Source of the DNA: Octopus sinensis
Lineage: Eukaryota
Assembly (NCBI RefSeq): GCF_006345805.1
Contig: NC_043002.1
Coordinates: 80,042,001-80,106,000 of the forward strand
Length of the DNA stretch: 64,000 nucleotides
Reading direction: 5' to 3'
Shown: positions 26,342-40,414 of the stretch, piece after piece
Numbering within the stretch: position 1 is the stretch's first letter
How the letters are laid out: each line of letters opens with the position of its first letter
Position numbers and translations under genes: made by a program
Notes under the pieces: model-generated
What the model was told of the DNA's origin: nothing
The model's input: the letters and a program-made list of their open reading frames with translations, nothing else
Databases searched by the model: none

Positions 26342-26489
26342 ATGCCCTGATGTAGTACCAGGCAGTGGCTCTCGTGGCTTCTGATCTTAACTGATTGGAA
26401 GTGTCATCATGTACATTGTTTTGTCTTGGTATAAAAGATGGGCTACAGCAAATATTCTGCTCAATACTACAGGCGCTGCTCTCTCACTC
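26342..26489. mobile_element. Internally deleted copy of the (TAA)n-embedded 543-bp repeat
   Basis: First ~130 bp and last ~17 bp match 18748-19290; flanked by (TAA)n and (TGA)n. Confidence 0.8.
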
Positions 26490-27379
26490 AATAATGATGG
26501 TGATGATGATGATGACAATGAATGTGATAGTGATGATGATGATGATGATAAGGATGATGATGACTTTACTATATGTACATAGTCAAATATATTGAAGCAT
26601 ATTATAATGAATTGAATCGACAAGGCTACTTTACTACTGTTAATTAACGAGTGAGTTAATTAATGTGTCTATTTTGTTTCCATATTTGTTTGTCTGCATC
26701 TTTATTTTTGATCCCGGTATTCGTAATGATAAATGTCGACAGACATCGGTGGAGTTTGAACATGGGACGTAAAGTGATATATAATGAGGAGCGAAGACGA
26801 AAGATGAAGAAAGAAAGAGTGGAGGAGAAGCATGGGGATTTGACAGTGTGAGAATTAGCAGCAGAAATAACCAAAAGAAAAAAAGCATAACCAGAAAAAT
26901 ATCAATGGTAACTGAAAAAATTCATAATAAAAACCTTCATAACAACTAACACCAACCTCAACTATTACAAGAACGAAATAAGCAGCAGCAAGGAAACGAG
27001 AACAACAACAGCAACAGCAACAACAACAGACAAAGCCGATGAAAACTTGACAGCGTGAGAAACAGCAGCAGACATTACAACAAGAATAATAATAAAAAAA
27101 AAGGTAACACTGGCTGGCGCAGGAATATAAACAACCTTCATAAACGATAGTAAAAGTAACAACAAGCTTCATAACAACGGCAATAATAACAACAAAAATA
27201 ATAGACACAACAGCAGAAGCTGCAAAAAATATCAATAAATATCACAATAATAATAATAATAATAATAATAACAACAACAATAGCAGAAAGAACAATACTT
27301 TTCAAAACATCAGCAACAACACAAGAATAACGATAATGGAAACAGCTATAGTAAATTTACTTACAATCCTCGTAAGCAT

Positions 27380-27423
<44 letters not shown>

Positions 27424-27902
27424 AAGCAACAACAAAATAGTGTACAAGAATAGAGCATCCCATGCTAGTCAACAGTACAATATAACATGATACTGTATGT
27501 CTGAGTTTGTGTGCATATGTGCATTGATAAGTAGGTATATGTACAAGCATGCATATACATACACAACCATGCACATACAAACGCTCCTACGCATACACAT
27601 ACATATTTATAAAAAATGCTTGATAAAGTCAAAATATTTGAAGAAATATTTTCTTAAAATATAAACTATAAATGATATAAAGCAATCTTATAGACACAAA
27701 ATGACACAGACCTTTTGGCAAGCGGTTTTCCTATTGCGTGTAAGCGCTTTCGGTGTTAACTTAGTAAGCACTCGTGTTATGGTGTACTTTGTATAGCAAA
27801 AGCTGGCTGTAACCGTGGTGGTGAGTTATTTTCAGTTAAACTTTGGATTTGGTATTCTAATAAAGCATTCTTTGGTCCTTTGGCCATCTATCTATCTATC
27901 TA

Positions 27903-27981
<79 letters not shown>

Positions 27982-28001
27982 TTATCTATGCATAGATCCA
28001 T

Positions 28002-28049
<48 letters not shown>

Positions 28050-28101
28050 AACTTGGAAATGGATGCGTGGCGCTCAATCAAATAATAAAGTAATACATGT
28101 A

Positions 28102-28153
<52 letters not shown>

Positions 28154-28176
28154 AATATATACATGCATATATGGGT

Positions 28177-28700
28177 ACAGGACGTCATGAAGAGTAAACA
28201 ACATGAAATACGAAAACAAATGAGTTCAGTACGCAAACACCAAGAGAAACAAATGGAAAACAGGACAAGTAACATAAAGAGCGACACTTCATCAGTTGCC
28301 GGCTGTCTATCTACTCCTTATTTCGAGCATTCAACGACAATATGCGTCTTGGAAGTCAGTTGCTTCCATATGTACCAAAATAAAATTTGGGATTTATAGA
28401 GGGTCAAAGTTGGGAACAAAAGCAGGACGATGGAGACATACAAGAAACCGAACGAAAACAAGCGGAGGAGTATCGTTAGACCTTAACGCGGGTAAAATAG
28501 CGAACGCTGGAGAAATATTTTTCTTTGATAAGACAAAAGATAGGAGAGAGAGATAAGCTACGTGCTGTTCTGAAAGAAAAGAAAAATGATCACGTGAGGA
28601 AGAGAAAAATGGACGGAAAGGAACAGGGATTTTGGAATCCGGGCAGGTCCTACCAGGTAGTCTGATAAAATCCAAGTTCTGGTTAGCCATATCAAATGAG
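28177..28700 (-). mobile_element. Single arm related to the 7118-7876 foldback
   Basis: ACAGGACGTCATGAA start; CAAATGGAAAAC, TCATCAGTTG, TATTTCGAGCATT and AATTTGGGATTT...AGAGGGTCAAA are shared with the left foldback arm. Confidence 0.8.
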
Positions 28701-28984
28701 CACATGGAATTGTTTTAAGTAGTTATGCTATGTTGCTCGATACGTAAATCATGAGTTCGCTTTCTTAGATTTTATACAGTGTACAGAGTGTATATTCAAG
28801 ACATTATAAATAAAAATTGAGAGATATGAAGCGACACAAAGTCCAATCACACACATACATAAACAGTCACAACCACACACACACACACACACACACGCAC
28901 ATACGCACATACATGTGCTATTATTATACACACACGTGCACACTGACCTGCGCGCACGCACATACCCACACATACACATATACC

Positions 28985-29250
28985 TCCTTCTCTTGCATTC
29001 TCCTGTCTTAGAAATAAGTTTTTCTTCACCCGTTCCCTTTCGGTCATTTGAATATGTTACCGCGTGTGTATCGTTGGCGATTTTTTTTGTCTTCCTTTCT
29101 TTTGACTTTTCCTATATTTCTGACGAAGAGCTCCGCTCGAAACGTTAAATCCTCCTTCTTTCTTTCCTTTCTTGAGCGTCCAATAACACAGTACTTGTAC
29201 CACGTCCTCACATTGTTGTTTCTCTTGCTTGTTCTTGTTTGGATTTACTA
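28985..29250 (+). mobile_element. Short Penelope-like element with hammerhead motif, copy 2
   Basis: Contains the motif at 29116-29150, followed by TTGAGCGTCCAATAACAC and a T-rich end running into (TA)n, as in copy 1. Confidence 0.65.
29116..29150 (+). ncRNA. Minimal type I hammerhead ribozyme motif
   Basis: Stem I ATTT (29116-19) / AAAT (29147-50); core CTGACGA (29120-26); extra A; stem II GAGC-tcc-GCTC; GAAA; palindromic ACGT in place of stem III; predicted GUU cleavage triplet (29144-46). Confidence 0.7.
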
Positions 29251-29822
29251 TATATATATATCAAAATAAATTAACAGGATGTCAAGTAGTAATGAAGTAC
29301 GACCGCTTCAAGCGGCTCTATTTAACTGAACAATGTAATCATTACATCAATTTAAATACAGCGCTATCTTCAGTTGCAAGAAATATGGACTTTCAACAGA
29401 CAAAATATATTAATATAATTTTTCTTAAATATTTTAACACAGTAAGAGGATGAAAGAATTTCATGTTGTCACTACTAAAGCAAGAAAATCTGAGAGAAGA
29501 ACAGACTACAATTTTTAGAGTGGCATGGAACGCATTGGGGGTCATATGGTTGTAATTCATTTCCAATTTATCCATCCCCTGATTATCAGCAAAAAGTCTA
29601 AGACTAGAATACTGAGTTTATTTATAATAAAGAGAAAAGTGAGTTGAGAGCTCATAGCTGGCTGCTGGTCATAAATTTCATATTGTATATATATTTGGAG
29701 GGATATATTAACTGTGTGGATACCATAATTGCTCTCAGTTACGTTCCAGTTAACGGATAACCATAGCGTTCAGTATAGTCGCTGGAGCAGAAACTCATGT
29801 AGATCATTATAATATGCTGTAG

Positions 29823-29903
<81 letters not shown>

Positions 29904-29909
29904 TATATA

Positions 29910-31535
29910 CAGTTGCGGCCAAAATGTTCAGAACGGGATTGTTTTCGTCAGAAAAGTAGGTATAAGTTTTTATCAAAGTTGTTTTATATTCTATAATTTT
30001 CACAAACAATAAATACGATATGAATTGGTATTGTCTGAGATTTTCGTGTAATTTGAGAGGACAATACAAAAGTTATGGATGATATAGTGATTTACTGCAA
30101 AACCCATGGTGGCCAAAATGATCAGAACGGTTGAAAAAATAACAAAATAATTAAAAAGTGACAGAGAATGCTAGAATTATTTCATATTTAGTGTGCAGCC
30201 CTTTAGCTTCAATCAAAGTTTGACATTTTTGACTGCATGGGGAACTTAAATTTTCAATTTCTTGCTGGGTGATCTTATTCTATTCTTCCTGAAGGGCATT
30301 CCATAATTGCTCGGTTGTTTTAGGATTTCTGGCTTTCAAACGTTCTCCTAGAATATTCCACACATTTTCAATAGGATTGAGGTCTGGGCTTTGACCAGGC
30401 CAATCCATAACAATAACCTTTTCAGCCTTGAGGAAGTTCATGACAACCTTAGCCTTGTGACATGGGGCATTGTCCTGCATGAATATGTGTGATCTTTAGT
30501 TGAATTTCTCAGCACAGGCAAGACATGATCTTTTACAAGTTGCTTAAAAACACCTGCATTTACCTTTACATGTCATCGCAGCAAAGGGCCCACAACATCT
30601 CCAGATATCATCCCCCAAACCATGACACTTCCTCCACCGAATTTAACACTAGTCTTAAGGCATTTAGGTGACAATTTTTTACTTGCTTTTCGACGAACGT
30701 ACCTTTTCCCATCTGAGCCAAATAACATAGACTTAGATTCATCACTGAAATGCACCGTTTGCCATTTTTCTTGAGACCACAACACATGTTCGGTTGCAAA
30801 GGTAAGACGACACTTTTTATTCTTGGAGCTGATCAGTGGCTTCACTGCAGGTGCTCTTGCTTGTAGGTCATGTTCAACTAAACGACGAGACACAGTTTTT
30901 CGAGATAAAGTTTTCTTCAGTACAATGCTCATTTCCCGAAAAACAGCAGCAGCAGTTTTAAATCAGTCCTTTTTAACCAACTTTACCATAGCACGATCTT
31001 CTCTCTTGGTCGTTTTTCTTGGCCTACCTGTAGAATTTCTTGCTTCACACAAACCACAATCATCGTAGACCTTAAGAATACCGTGAACAACATTTTTTGA
31101 CTTGTTAACAATCTTTGCAATAGACCTAATACTTAAATTCTTCTTCTTTCGAAGCTTAATAATCTGCTGACGAATTGGTAACGGAGTAAGTGGCATTATA
31201 TTAACAAAGTACACTGCAGATATTCTTAATGTTTAGTAAACGAACTGTCACGTAAACAAATTCAAAACATTAGAGTTCGACGGTTAAATATACTAAAACA
31301 TGGAGTAAAAGCAACCGTTCTGATCATTTTGGCCGCCATGGGTTTTGCAGTAAATCACTAAATCATCCATAACTTTTTTATTATCCTCTCAAATTACACC
31401 AAAATCTCAGACAATAACAAATAATATCGTATTCATTCTCTGTGAAAATTATAGAATATAAAATAACTTTGATAAAAACTTATACCTACTTTTCTGACGA
31501 AAACAATGCCGTTCTGAAAATTTTGGCCGCAACTG
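29910..31535 (-). mobile_element. Tc1-like IR-DR DNA transposon (1626 bp, 224-bp TIRs)
   Basis: TIRs 29910-30133 and 31312-31535 start CAGTTGCGGCC; each holds two GGCCAAAATG(T/A)TCAGAACGG-like direct repeats; TA on both sides. Confidence 0.95.
30184..31196 (-). pseudogene. Tc1-family DD34E transposase pseudogene
   Basis: MPLTPLPIRQQII...GRPRKTT; HFSDESK; MVWGMIS; QDNAPCH; WPGQSPDLNPIENVW; LHTKY. Premature stops and a deletion between the first and second catalytic Asp. Confidence 0.93.
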
Positions 31536-31539
31536 TATA

Positions 31540-31910
31540 TGTAGTTGAACTTTACAGAAAAACAAAAGACGAAGACAAGTGTTTAAACAGCAAGCAGGTG
31601 TATTAGTTTGAGGCTCAGGAAGGTGAGACAGTCTTTTACGTTTTGAACCTACGCTCTTCAACAGAATGGACACGAGAAAGTAAAGAGAGAGAGAATAAAA
31701 AAAAACTTATGAATTTAGTGGTCAATCGTCTAGTTTACATATCACAAATGGAACGGGAACGAGAGGAAGGGGAGTTAGACGAGGTTGGACCACGTCATGA
31801 GTTACAAGCAGGGAGACAGAATTCCAAAATTGGTGAACTAAATGTAAATAATACAAAGATTTACAGCGTGACTTATATGCAGAAAAAAGGCAAGCGAAGA
31901 GGAGGCTAAC
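31540..31910 (-). mobile_element. Short Penelope-like element with decayed hammerhead-like motif, copy 3
   Basis: Minus strand CTGTTGA-A-GAGC-GTAG-GTTC-AAAACGTA (31637-31664); downstream TTCCTGAGC...CTAATACA...CTTCGTCTTTTGTTT matches copy 1. Confidence 0.65.
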
Positions 31911-32519
31911 TTTTTCGTGTGATCACTGTATCGACGTAGAGTAAGAAAGAAATATGTTGGTCAATCAACGTATGATTTAACATACCTAACTAATAGTTTC
32001 ATATCAGAGTCTTAAATTCTCTTAGAGAAACAAAATGACACGAATCTTTCGGAAGGAAATTTTTGTATTGTGTTTAAGCGCTTTTGCTGTGATCTTTTTC
32101 AAACATCAGTAATGATCTGTTAATTTGTTCATTCACTATATCATCATATTGCTAAGACCTTTAAAGTGCGTAGGCGAAAATATATTTCTGGTTCTTTACA
32201 CTTTGGATTCAAGTTCGGCCCCGGTCAATTTGCTTTTCCTTATTTTTGCATGAATGAAATAATGTACTATTCAAGTATTTGAGTAGATTTTTATCCACTA
32301 AGAACTTGCAACGTACAGCTTCAGTGCCTCTGTCGGAAAGATGTATTATAAATAGCATCTGAAACTACCGGAATTGTTGCACTGAGTTACGAGTTGCCGA
32401 GTGTTAATAAGAAGTATTTCAGTAATTGGCAAGGTAAAACTCAGCATAGCTATTCAAAAACACTGTGTACTCTGTGCCTTCTTCAACGCAAAAGGTTCAG
32501 GAATTCAGGTATATGAAGT

Positions 32520-33063
<544 letters not shown>

Positions 33064-33418
33064 ATTTGTAAAGACATTCATACACACCACTCACGAATAT
33101 AGAACATGACAATGTAAGATGAGACTTGGAAAGCAGTTATTGCTTGTAAATGTCGATATTGGCGAAACATAAAAAAGAGGAACCATCGCTGTTTAATTAC
33201 CATTCAGCTAACATTAGTCTTTCACTAGCGCGATTTTATTGGTTTATTTATTACTGTTATTTTATTCTTCTTCTCCTTGTTGTCGTCGTTACGCTACTCC
33301 ACTGACTATGGAATAATAGTAATAATAATAATAATGAAAATAATAATATTTATAATACTATGCTGGTGATGATGATGACGACGACGACGACAACGATGAT
33401 GATGATGACGACGATAAC

Positions 33419-33474
<56 letters not shown>

Positions 33475-33554
33475 CAGTAAATATATGGGGCAGGTGGAAA
33501 GAAAACTTCTCTATAAAATAATAGGTGTCTCGGGAATGATTTAAAAATGTGAAG

Positions 33555-33590
<36 letters not shown>

Positions 33591-33797
33591 GAAACCTTTG
33601 GACTTATAAATATGAACATCATACAGTAAAAAGTATAACCAAGCACTGCCCACACAACGTATGTAGAATCATGCTAATACAATAGAAAAAATACAAGTCC
33701 ATCGCAAAACAAAACAATACATAACAAGATACAGCGCATACCCTGAGCTGACTACATTCGGTAATGTAATGAAAACACGCAATAAATATAAAACTGG

Positions 33798-33864
<67 letters not shown>

Positions 33865-34563
33865 CGACGACGACGACGACAACAACAACAACAACAACAA
33901 TAATAAAAATAATAATAATAATACTAATAATAATAAAGGACGACGACGGCGATTCGGAGGATGATGCTGTTGGTGATTGTGGTGGTGTTGGTGATGATGT
34001 TGTGATGATAGTGATGATAGTTGTAACAATACTTTCTTTAGTTTGCCTGCAAAGGCCTTTCATACATAGAATAAATTTGTTACTAAGGTGATATAAAAAA
34101 AACTTGTCAGTATGGATTAAAAAAAAAACCTATATAAAAATATGAGGAAGGTAATATTACACAATATATTGGGACGTATTTAAATACTTTAACTTTACAC
34201 GAAAAAATACTGTTACATAACATACTTAGATAATGATTATAAAAAACACATTAATGTTACAATAGGAATAGCATTTTAAGAGAAATATCGCGATATAGCG
34301 ACCCATCCACTCCATATAAGATTCTACCACCGGATTTCCATTATGTTCCTCACATCCCTACCCCCTCCTTTGTGCATATTACAGTACTCCATACTCAAAA
34401 TCACCAGAACGTAGCTGTGAGCTATTGGGATAACTAAGATAGGACCTATAAATTGTTGATAGCTCATGTCCAGTTTCCAGTTACTACTGGTACGGTGTTC
34501 ATCAGAAGTGTATCTTTCGAGTATATTTTATGCTCAAAATTAATCGCTTTGAACGTTACCATC

Positions 34564-34609
<46 letters not shown>

Positions 34610-35489
34610 CACAACCTCACTCCTCGCTTATCAGTTAGTAAATTTATCTAATTTTGATAGACTTTGCCAATGCAGAAAAATTTTCCTCATGGGTAGAGGT
34701 GGGCTTCTTGAAATGGTGAAATCTTATTCGTTTCTTTTATATTCCTTCCTTTTCTTCTGAAAAATTTACTTTCAGGAGTGACGCATTTTTATATATATTG
34801 CATTTGCACTCTTGGATGTAAAGCAAATTTTCTCCGGTGTTAAAGGAACTCTGAAAGCAAAGAGTTGGAAGAAATACCGAAAGGCATTTTGTCCGGCCTT
34901 CTAGCAATTCTGCCATCTCAGTTGTTTCTAACATATGCACAACACCTGAAATTGTAGAGAGGGGAATTGATTAATTATATCGACACCAGTACTTAACTGG
35001 TGCTTATTTTATCATCCAGGGAGATATAAAACATAAATGTGAAAGAGGTAAGATATGAAAATTTGAAAGTGAATAGTTTGAACAATGCCTTAAGGTTATT
35101 TAGTCGGTTTCTCGGCGATTCTATGAAACTGCGAGGAGTGAAAAACATCAATGGAAATCATGAAAAGGTAAAAAGTAAAACTAAGTTTAAAATGGTGACA
35201 CGTAGACTCATGTTAAAACGATGTGAAAAAAATTCACAACATGGACAATGTTTGCAAAAACAAACAAGACAATAAAAGAAGAAACTGAATAGGTGGAAAC
35301 AAACACAAGAGCACTCAGAGAGCGCAATCCTCCACCATGGCAACGATTAGCCTCCGTCCACTCAACGATTAGCCAGCAATGATTATAAAAATGAGAATAT
35401 CTGATATAAACTCGACTGCTCTCACAAACGTGAATATTAAAAATGAACCCATCCGATCGCAAAAATTATGAAAAAAAAAACAGGAAAAA

Positions 35490-35680
35490 TAATCGAGACT
35501 CCTTGTCCAGAAACGGATCGATAACAAAACCTAATCACTTCGTGCCAGTCACGAGACAAAACATCCCTGAATATTTCATCCGAATCCAACCAGCGGATCT
35601 TGAGATATCTTGTCCACGGAAAAACAAACAAACATGACTGAAAAACAATACCTCCACCTTAGCGTAAGGCGGAGGTAAAA
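35490..35680 (+). mobile_element. Possible Helentron-associated (HINE-like) element 3' end
   Basis: TTTCATCCGAATCC...TTGAGATATC...AAACAAACAAAC followed by the hairpin TACCTCCACCTTA-gcg-TAAGGCGGAGGTA (35649-35677). Class is assigned from recalled architecture only. Confidence 0.45.
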
Positions 35681-35689
35681 ATTGCAGCT

Positions 35690-36150
35690 CAGTCCTGAAT
35701 GTGCATAACTCAAAGTTGCGACTGAAAGATTCTTGATTGTGATATAAGATTAAGGCTTTTACATCAAAACTCAACAAAATTATGGAATGAAGTAGAATAT
35801 ATTTTAGTAACTCCTGAATATATAGCGTTTGTGAAGGCACATCCTACCACATTATATTCAGGAATCCAGTCTTAGCTAAAATGGATAAAGCTATAGATAA
35901 GACAGTGGTATGGATTTTATACATCAGATGCTCAACTGGCATTATGAAGCATCAACAAAAATGGGCGATGAGTATATATCATAGAATATTCTCAGAAAAT
36001 GGGTAAGTTATTCATATATGGAATGTGGAGGAAGACCAAGATAAATAGGCAGGATATTGTTGTCAAGCTCCACGAGGAAAAGTAGTATTTCTAAGTTGTG
36101 ATATGCGATAATGTATCCGCAAAATAAATGGAGAAATTATTCAAATATTA
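35690..36150 (+). mobile_element. Very degenerate R4/Dong-like RLE remnant
   Basis: TERFLIVI*D*GF (cf. SEGFILAAQDQSL) and KTKINRQDIVVK...VVICDNVSAK*MEKLFKY (cf. NKPDI...D.N...KE.EKL.KY). Confidence 0.55.
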
Positions 36151-36161
36151 TATATCTAACC

Positions 36162-36487
36162 TGGCGCAGGCATGGGTGTGTGGCTGAGAAGCGTTGGGCA
36201 AATATCTTCTACTATAACCCCAGGTCGACGAAAGCCTTCCGAATGGATTTGGTAGATGCAAACCGAAAGAAGCTCGTAGTATATATGTGTGTGTGTGTCT
36301 TTGAGTTTGCCTTCCACCACTGCTTGATGATCGATGATCTTGTATTTACCTCCCAGTAATTGAGCGGTTTGGCAAAAGAGAAAATCCGTACCAGTTATTG
36401 AAAATACTAGAGTCGATTTGTTGGACTAAATCTTTCAAGGCGGTACCCCAGCATGGTCACAGTCCAATGACTAAAACACGTAAAAGT
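36162..36487 (+). mobile_element. SINE family A (diverged, part of head deleted)
   Basis: GGCGCAGG head, TTGGGCAAATATCTTCTACTATA, and tail AAGGCGGTACCCCAGCATGG. Confidence 0.8.
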
Positions 36488-36573
36488 TAAAGGCAGAACA
36501 TAGGAACTAAATAAAAAACGGTCCCCATAATGAAAAATATCTTACAGAAGGATTAAAAGTACGCAGACATATA

Positions 36574-37126
36574 TAGGGTTGTCCGGAAAGTTCGTGCCGA
36601 TATTTAATGGAAAGAAAAAGGTCAATAAATACTTGCCATTACATTTTTATTCACCATTTTGTTGCACAATGCGTCTCCAACTTTCCTTTAACTTGAAAAT
36701 ACCCTCTTCCCAGAATTGAGATGGTTTCATGGCAAAGAATTCTTCAAAGTATCTTTTTACGTCATCCAAGGAATTGAAATTTTTACCATTAAGACTATTC
36801 TGCAGAGACCTGAATAAGTGGAAATCCGAAGGAGCAATATCTGGTGAATAAGGAGCGCGAGGTAACACATCCAAGCTGAGCTGCAGCAATATTTGTCTGG
36901 TTCCCAAAGCATCAAGTGCCGAAAAGGAACTTTCTTATCTTCCATTTTAAAAGGTTACAGAATTAACACAAGTTATAAGAACGTAAATCTTCTTCCATGA
37001 AAAGATAATTAAACTGTGCTCTAAATTAAGATGTAATCAAATCCTATTTTATGGACTCAACCATGTTCTAAAATAAGTCGAAAGGTAAGCTACTATAAAT
37101 CGGCACGAACTTTCCGGACAACCGAA
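36574..37126 (-). mobile_element. Internally deleted mariner (~550 bp)
   Basis: TIRs GGTTGTCCGGAAAGTTCGTGCCGAT / ATCGGCACGAACTTTCCGGACAACC. Start MEDKKV is fused to the C-terminal PYSPDIAPSDFHLFRSLQNSL...WEEGIFKLKESW. Confidence 0.9.
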
Positions 37127-37199
37127 ATTATCAGTATTACATATGCACATCATTTTGAAAATAGCAGTATTAGGAATTGCACCTATTGTATTCAAATTT

Positions 37200-37400
37200 T
37201 GAGACTAGCCCAGAAATTTTCAAGATATGTAAGTCGTTTGTAACAAACCCCAGCACTATACTAGCACTAATTTTATCGACCCCGAAATGATAAAGGGCGA
37301 ACTCGATCTGGGTTGACTTTGAGGTCAGAACGTAAAGAAGAGCGAAAAACCGGTGTGCATTTTGCCCAGCGGTGCTAACGGTTGTACCAGGTTGCTGTCT
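37200..37400 (-). mobile_element. Degenerate SINE family B
   Basis: TAATTTTATCGACCCCGAAATGATAAAGGGC...GGTGCTAACG. Confidence 0.65.
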
Positions 37401-37773
37401 CAAGGAATTGCCCATACTATATAGAGTAAGTACTTTCGAAAGAATAGAATTCATAAAACTACGAAACAAAGCAAAAAAGAAAAAAAAAAGAAAAATATTG
37501 CGACATTCCCAAGACAAACAAAGCTACGCTTGGTAATGTAAACGGAGTGAAGTAATAAGGCTAGTGAATATTGATAATAATATTTAATAAAGAAGAAGAG
37601 AAGAAGAAGAAGAAGAAGAAGAAGAAGAAGAGAAGAAGAAGAAGAAGAAGAAGAAGAAGAAGAAGAAGAAACAAGTAAAATAGTCGGAAAGTGAAGTATC
37701 ATGTTTATTTATTCGGAAAGAATAAAGAAAAAATGATTGCGTACACAAACATATATAAGCATACCTATACATA

Positions 37774-37811
<38 letters not shown>

Positions 37812-38837
37812 CACACACACATGCATGCACACACATGTATGCATATGTATGTGTGTGTGTGTCTGTGTATTTAATGTAATGATTATCTATTTAGAACAAA
37901 ACACCTAACGTATTTCAGATTCTAATGAAGTGCAGGAGTACGGTTGATTTATTGTTTTGTTTCTGTGTTGTTTTGTTCTTTTCTTGGTATTGTAACCCAC
38001 CGCCCCCACCCCACCCCATCCTACCCAGATACCCAGCATCTAATTTCATTTAATTTATATTTTAACTTTATTTATTTATTTTATTTTTCATTCTTTAATT
38101 AAAAATAAAATGCATTATCAAATTTGATTGTCAATTTTTTTTTTTATTTCGTTGTAGAAAAAAAAATGCCGTTAAATCTGTGAGTGCGTGTGTGAGTTTG
38201 TATGAGTGTGTATGTGTGCGTGCATGTGTGTATAAATGTTTTGTGTGTGTGTGTGTGTGTGTGATTGTGAGTGTGTGTGTATGTGCTCATGTGTGAGGGC
38301 GCCCGCGTATTTGAGTTTTGATGTGTGTATGAATGCGTCAATAAATTTGTATGTGTATGTATAAATGGCTATGTGTGCGGTTATGTTAGCCTGACATGAT
38401 ACATTAGTGTTTTGTGTGTGTGTGTGTGAATGTGATGTGTGATTTTGTAATTCGCGTGTGTGTGTGTATGTGTGTGTATGTTTGTGTGTGTATGTGGTGG
38501 GCCATTTTTTTTTTTGCTCTTTATTAATTAATTAACGTAAAAATCAGTAAGATCAAAAAGAAATCTTCATTCTGTATCCCTGACTGCATTCTTTCCCACC
38601 GCCAACTCTCATCCTCTCTCCCCTCTCCCCCCTCTCTCTCTCGACGTAATCTCAATATCATGATGGGGAGAAATATTATGGAATTCTGTGAGCATATGTT
38701 GAATAATACTGTACGATAGAGTTCTTCGATGGAACTGGAAAATGCCATTGCTATCAAACTATGCAAAGATTTCTTGTCGTCTTCATTTTATAGTCACACA
38801 CACACGCACACACACACACACTCAGTGGGAGAGGGTG

Positions 38838-39762
38838 AATACTTGTTTTAGTCTTTGGACTACGGCCGTGTTAAAGCATAGCCCCGAAGAATTTAGTCGA
38901 ATATATCGACCTAGTACTAATTTTCGTAAAGCTTCTTAATTATTCTATCTGAATCTTTTTGCCGAACCGCTAATTTATAAGGACGTAAGCAAACTAACAC
39001 CGGATGTCGAGTGGAGGTCAGGAACAAATACAAGCATAAAGACACACCCATGTTTATATACACACACACTCACACACACCCATATAAGGAGGGAGGGGAA
39101 GAGAGAGAGAATTTCCAACAACCGAATTCATTCATAAAACGTTGGTCGCCGGGGCTATGGTAGAAGGCTCTTGTCCAAGTTAGCGTGCAGTGGAACTGAA
39201 CTCAAAACCACGCGGTGACATGACGACCTTTTTAACCACACAACCATATCTGCACCTATGCTCACATCTATGCCAGCGCACACGCTCAGATACACGCGTG
39301 CGCGCGCACACACTCGCTCACCTTGTACATACTTAAAAGAATATTTATATTTATATATTCTTTTATTCTTTTATTCTTTTACTTCTTTGGTTCAATCATT
39401 TGACTGTAGCCATACTGGAGCACCACCTTAAACCGTTTTAGCCGAAGACTTGTCCTTTGCAAACTTGGTACTAATTCTTTCGGTCTCCTTTACCGAACCG
39501 CCAAGTTACGGGGACATAAACACATCACCATCGGTTGTAAAGCGTTGGCAGGGGGACAAGGACAGATACACACACATAAATATATACCTATATGTAGATA
39601 TCTATAATACGGGCTTCTTTCAGCTTCTATCTACCAAATTCACTCACAAAGATTTGGTCGGCTCGGGGATATAATTGAAGATACTTGTTCATCATTCCAT
39701 GCAGTGGGACTGAACCTGGAACCATGTGATTGTGAAACAAGCCTCTTAGCACACAGCTGCGT
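38838..39762 (-). mobile_element. Two adjacent diverged SINE family A copies (~38838-39258, ~39362-39762)
   Basis: Each shows a reverse-complemented tail, GCCGAACCGCTAA-like body and CAGTGG(G/A)ACTGAAC head. Confidence 0.8.
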
Positions 39763-39770
39763 TGATATAT

Positions 39771-39812
<42 letters not shown>

Positions 39813-39849
39813 ATATAATATATATATATTATATATATATATATATGTT

Positions 39850-39880
<31 letters not shown>

Positions 39881-40197
39881 CAAATATAAGAGGAATGACC
39901 ACGAAAGGGGATTCCTAGTATGCTAAAACCAGACTTCAAATCGCCTTACCACGAAGAGTGTTTTCTCAAGAGAAATTCAGCAAACGCCAGAATGTAAAAA
40001 TGAGCAAGACAAAAGAAAATATACAAAATAAGACGATTTGACATCTGTTTGTTAGCATATTAGGAATCCACTTTGATGGTCATTCCTCTTATATTTGTAT
40101 GTAATATAATTTTTAATCTTCGGATTTTTTTAATATGCTAAGCCACTGGTTTAAATTGATGTTAATTGATTAATATCAATTTCTACCCTCAATATTG

Positions 40198-40254
<57 letters not shown>

Positions 40255-40275
40255 CATATATATATATGCATATAT

Positions 40276-40343
<68 letters not shown>

Positions 40344-40355
40344 TATGTATGTATG

Positions 40356-40414
<59 letters not shown>

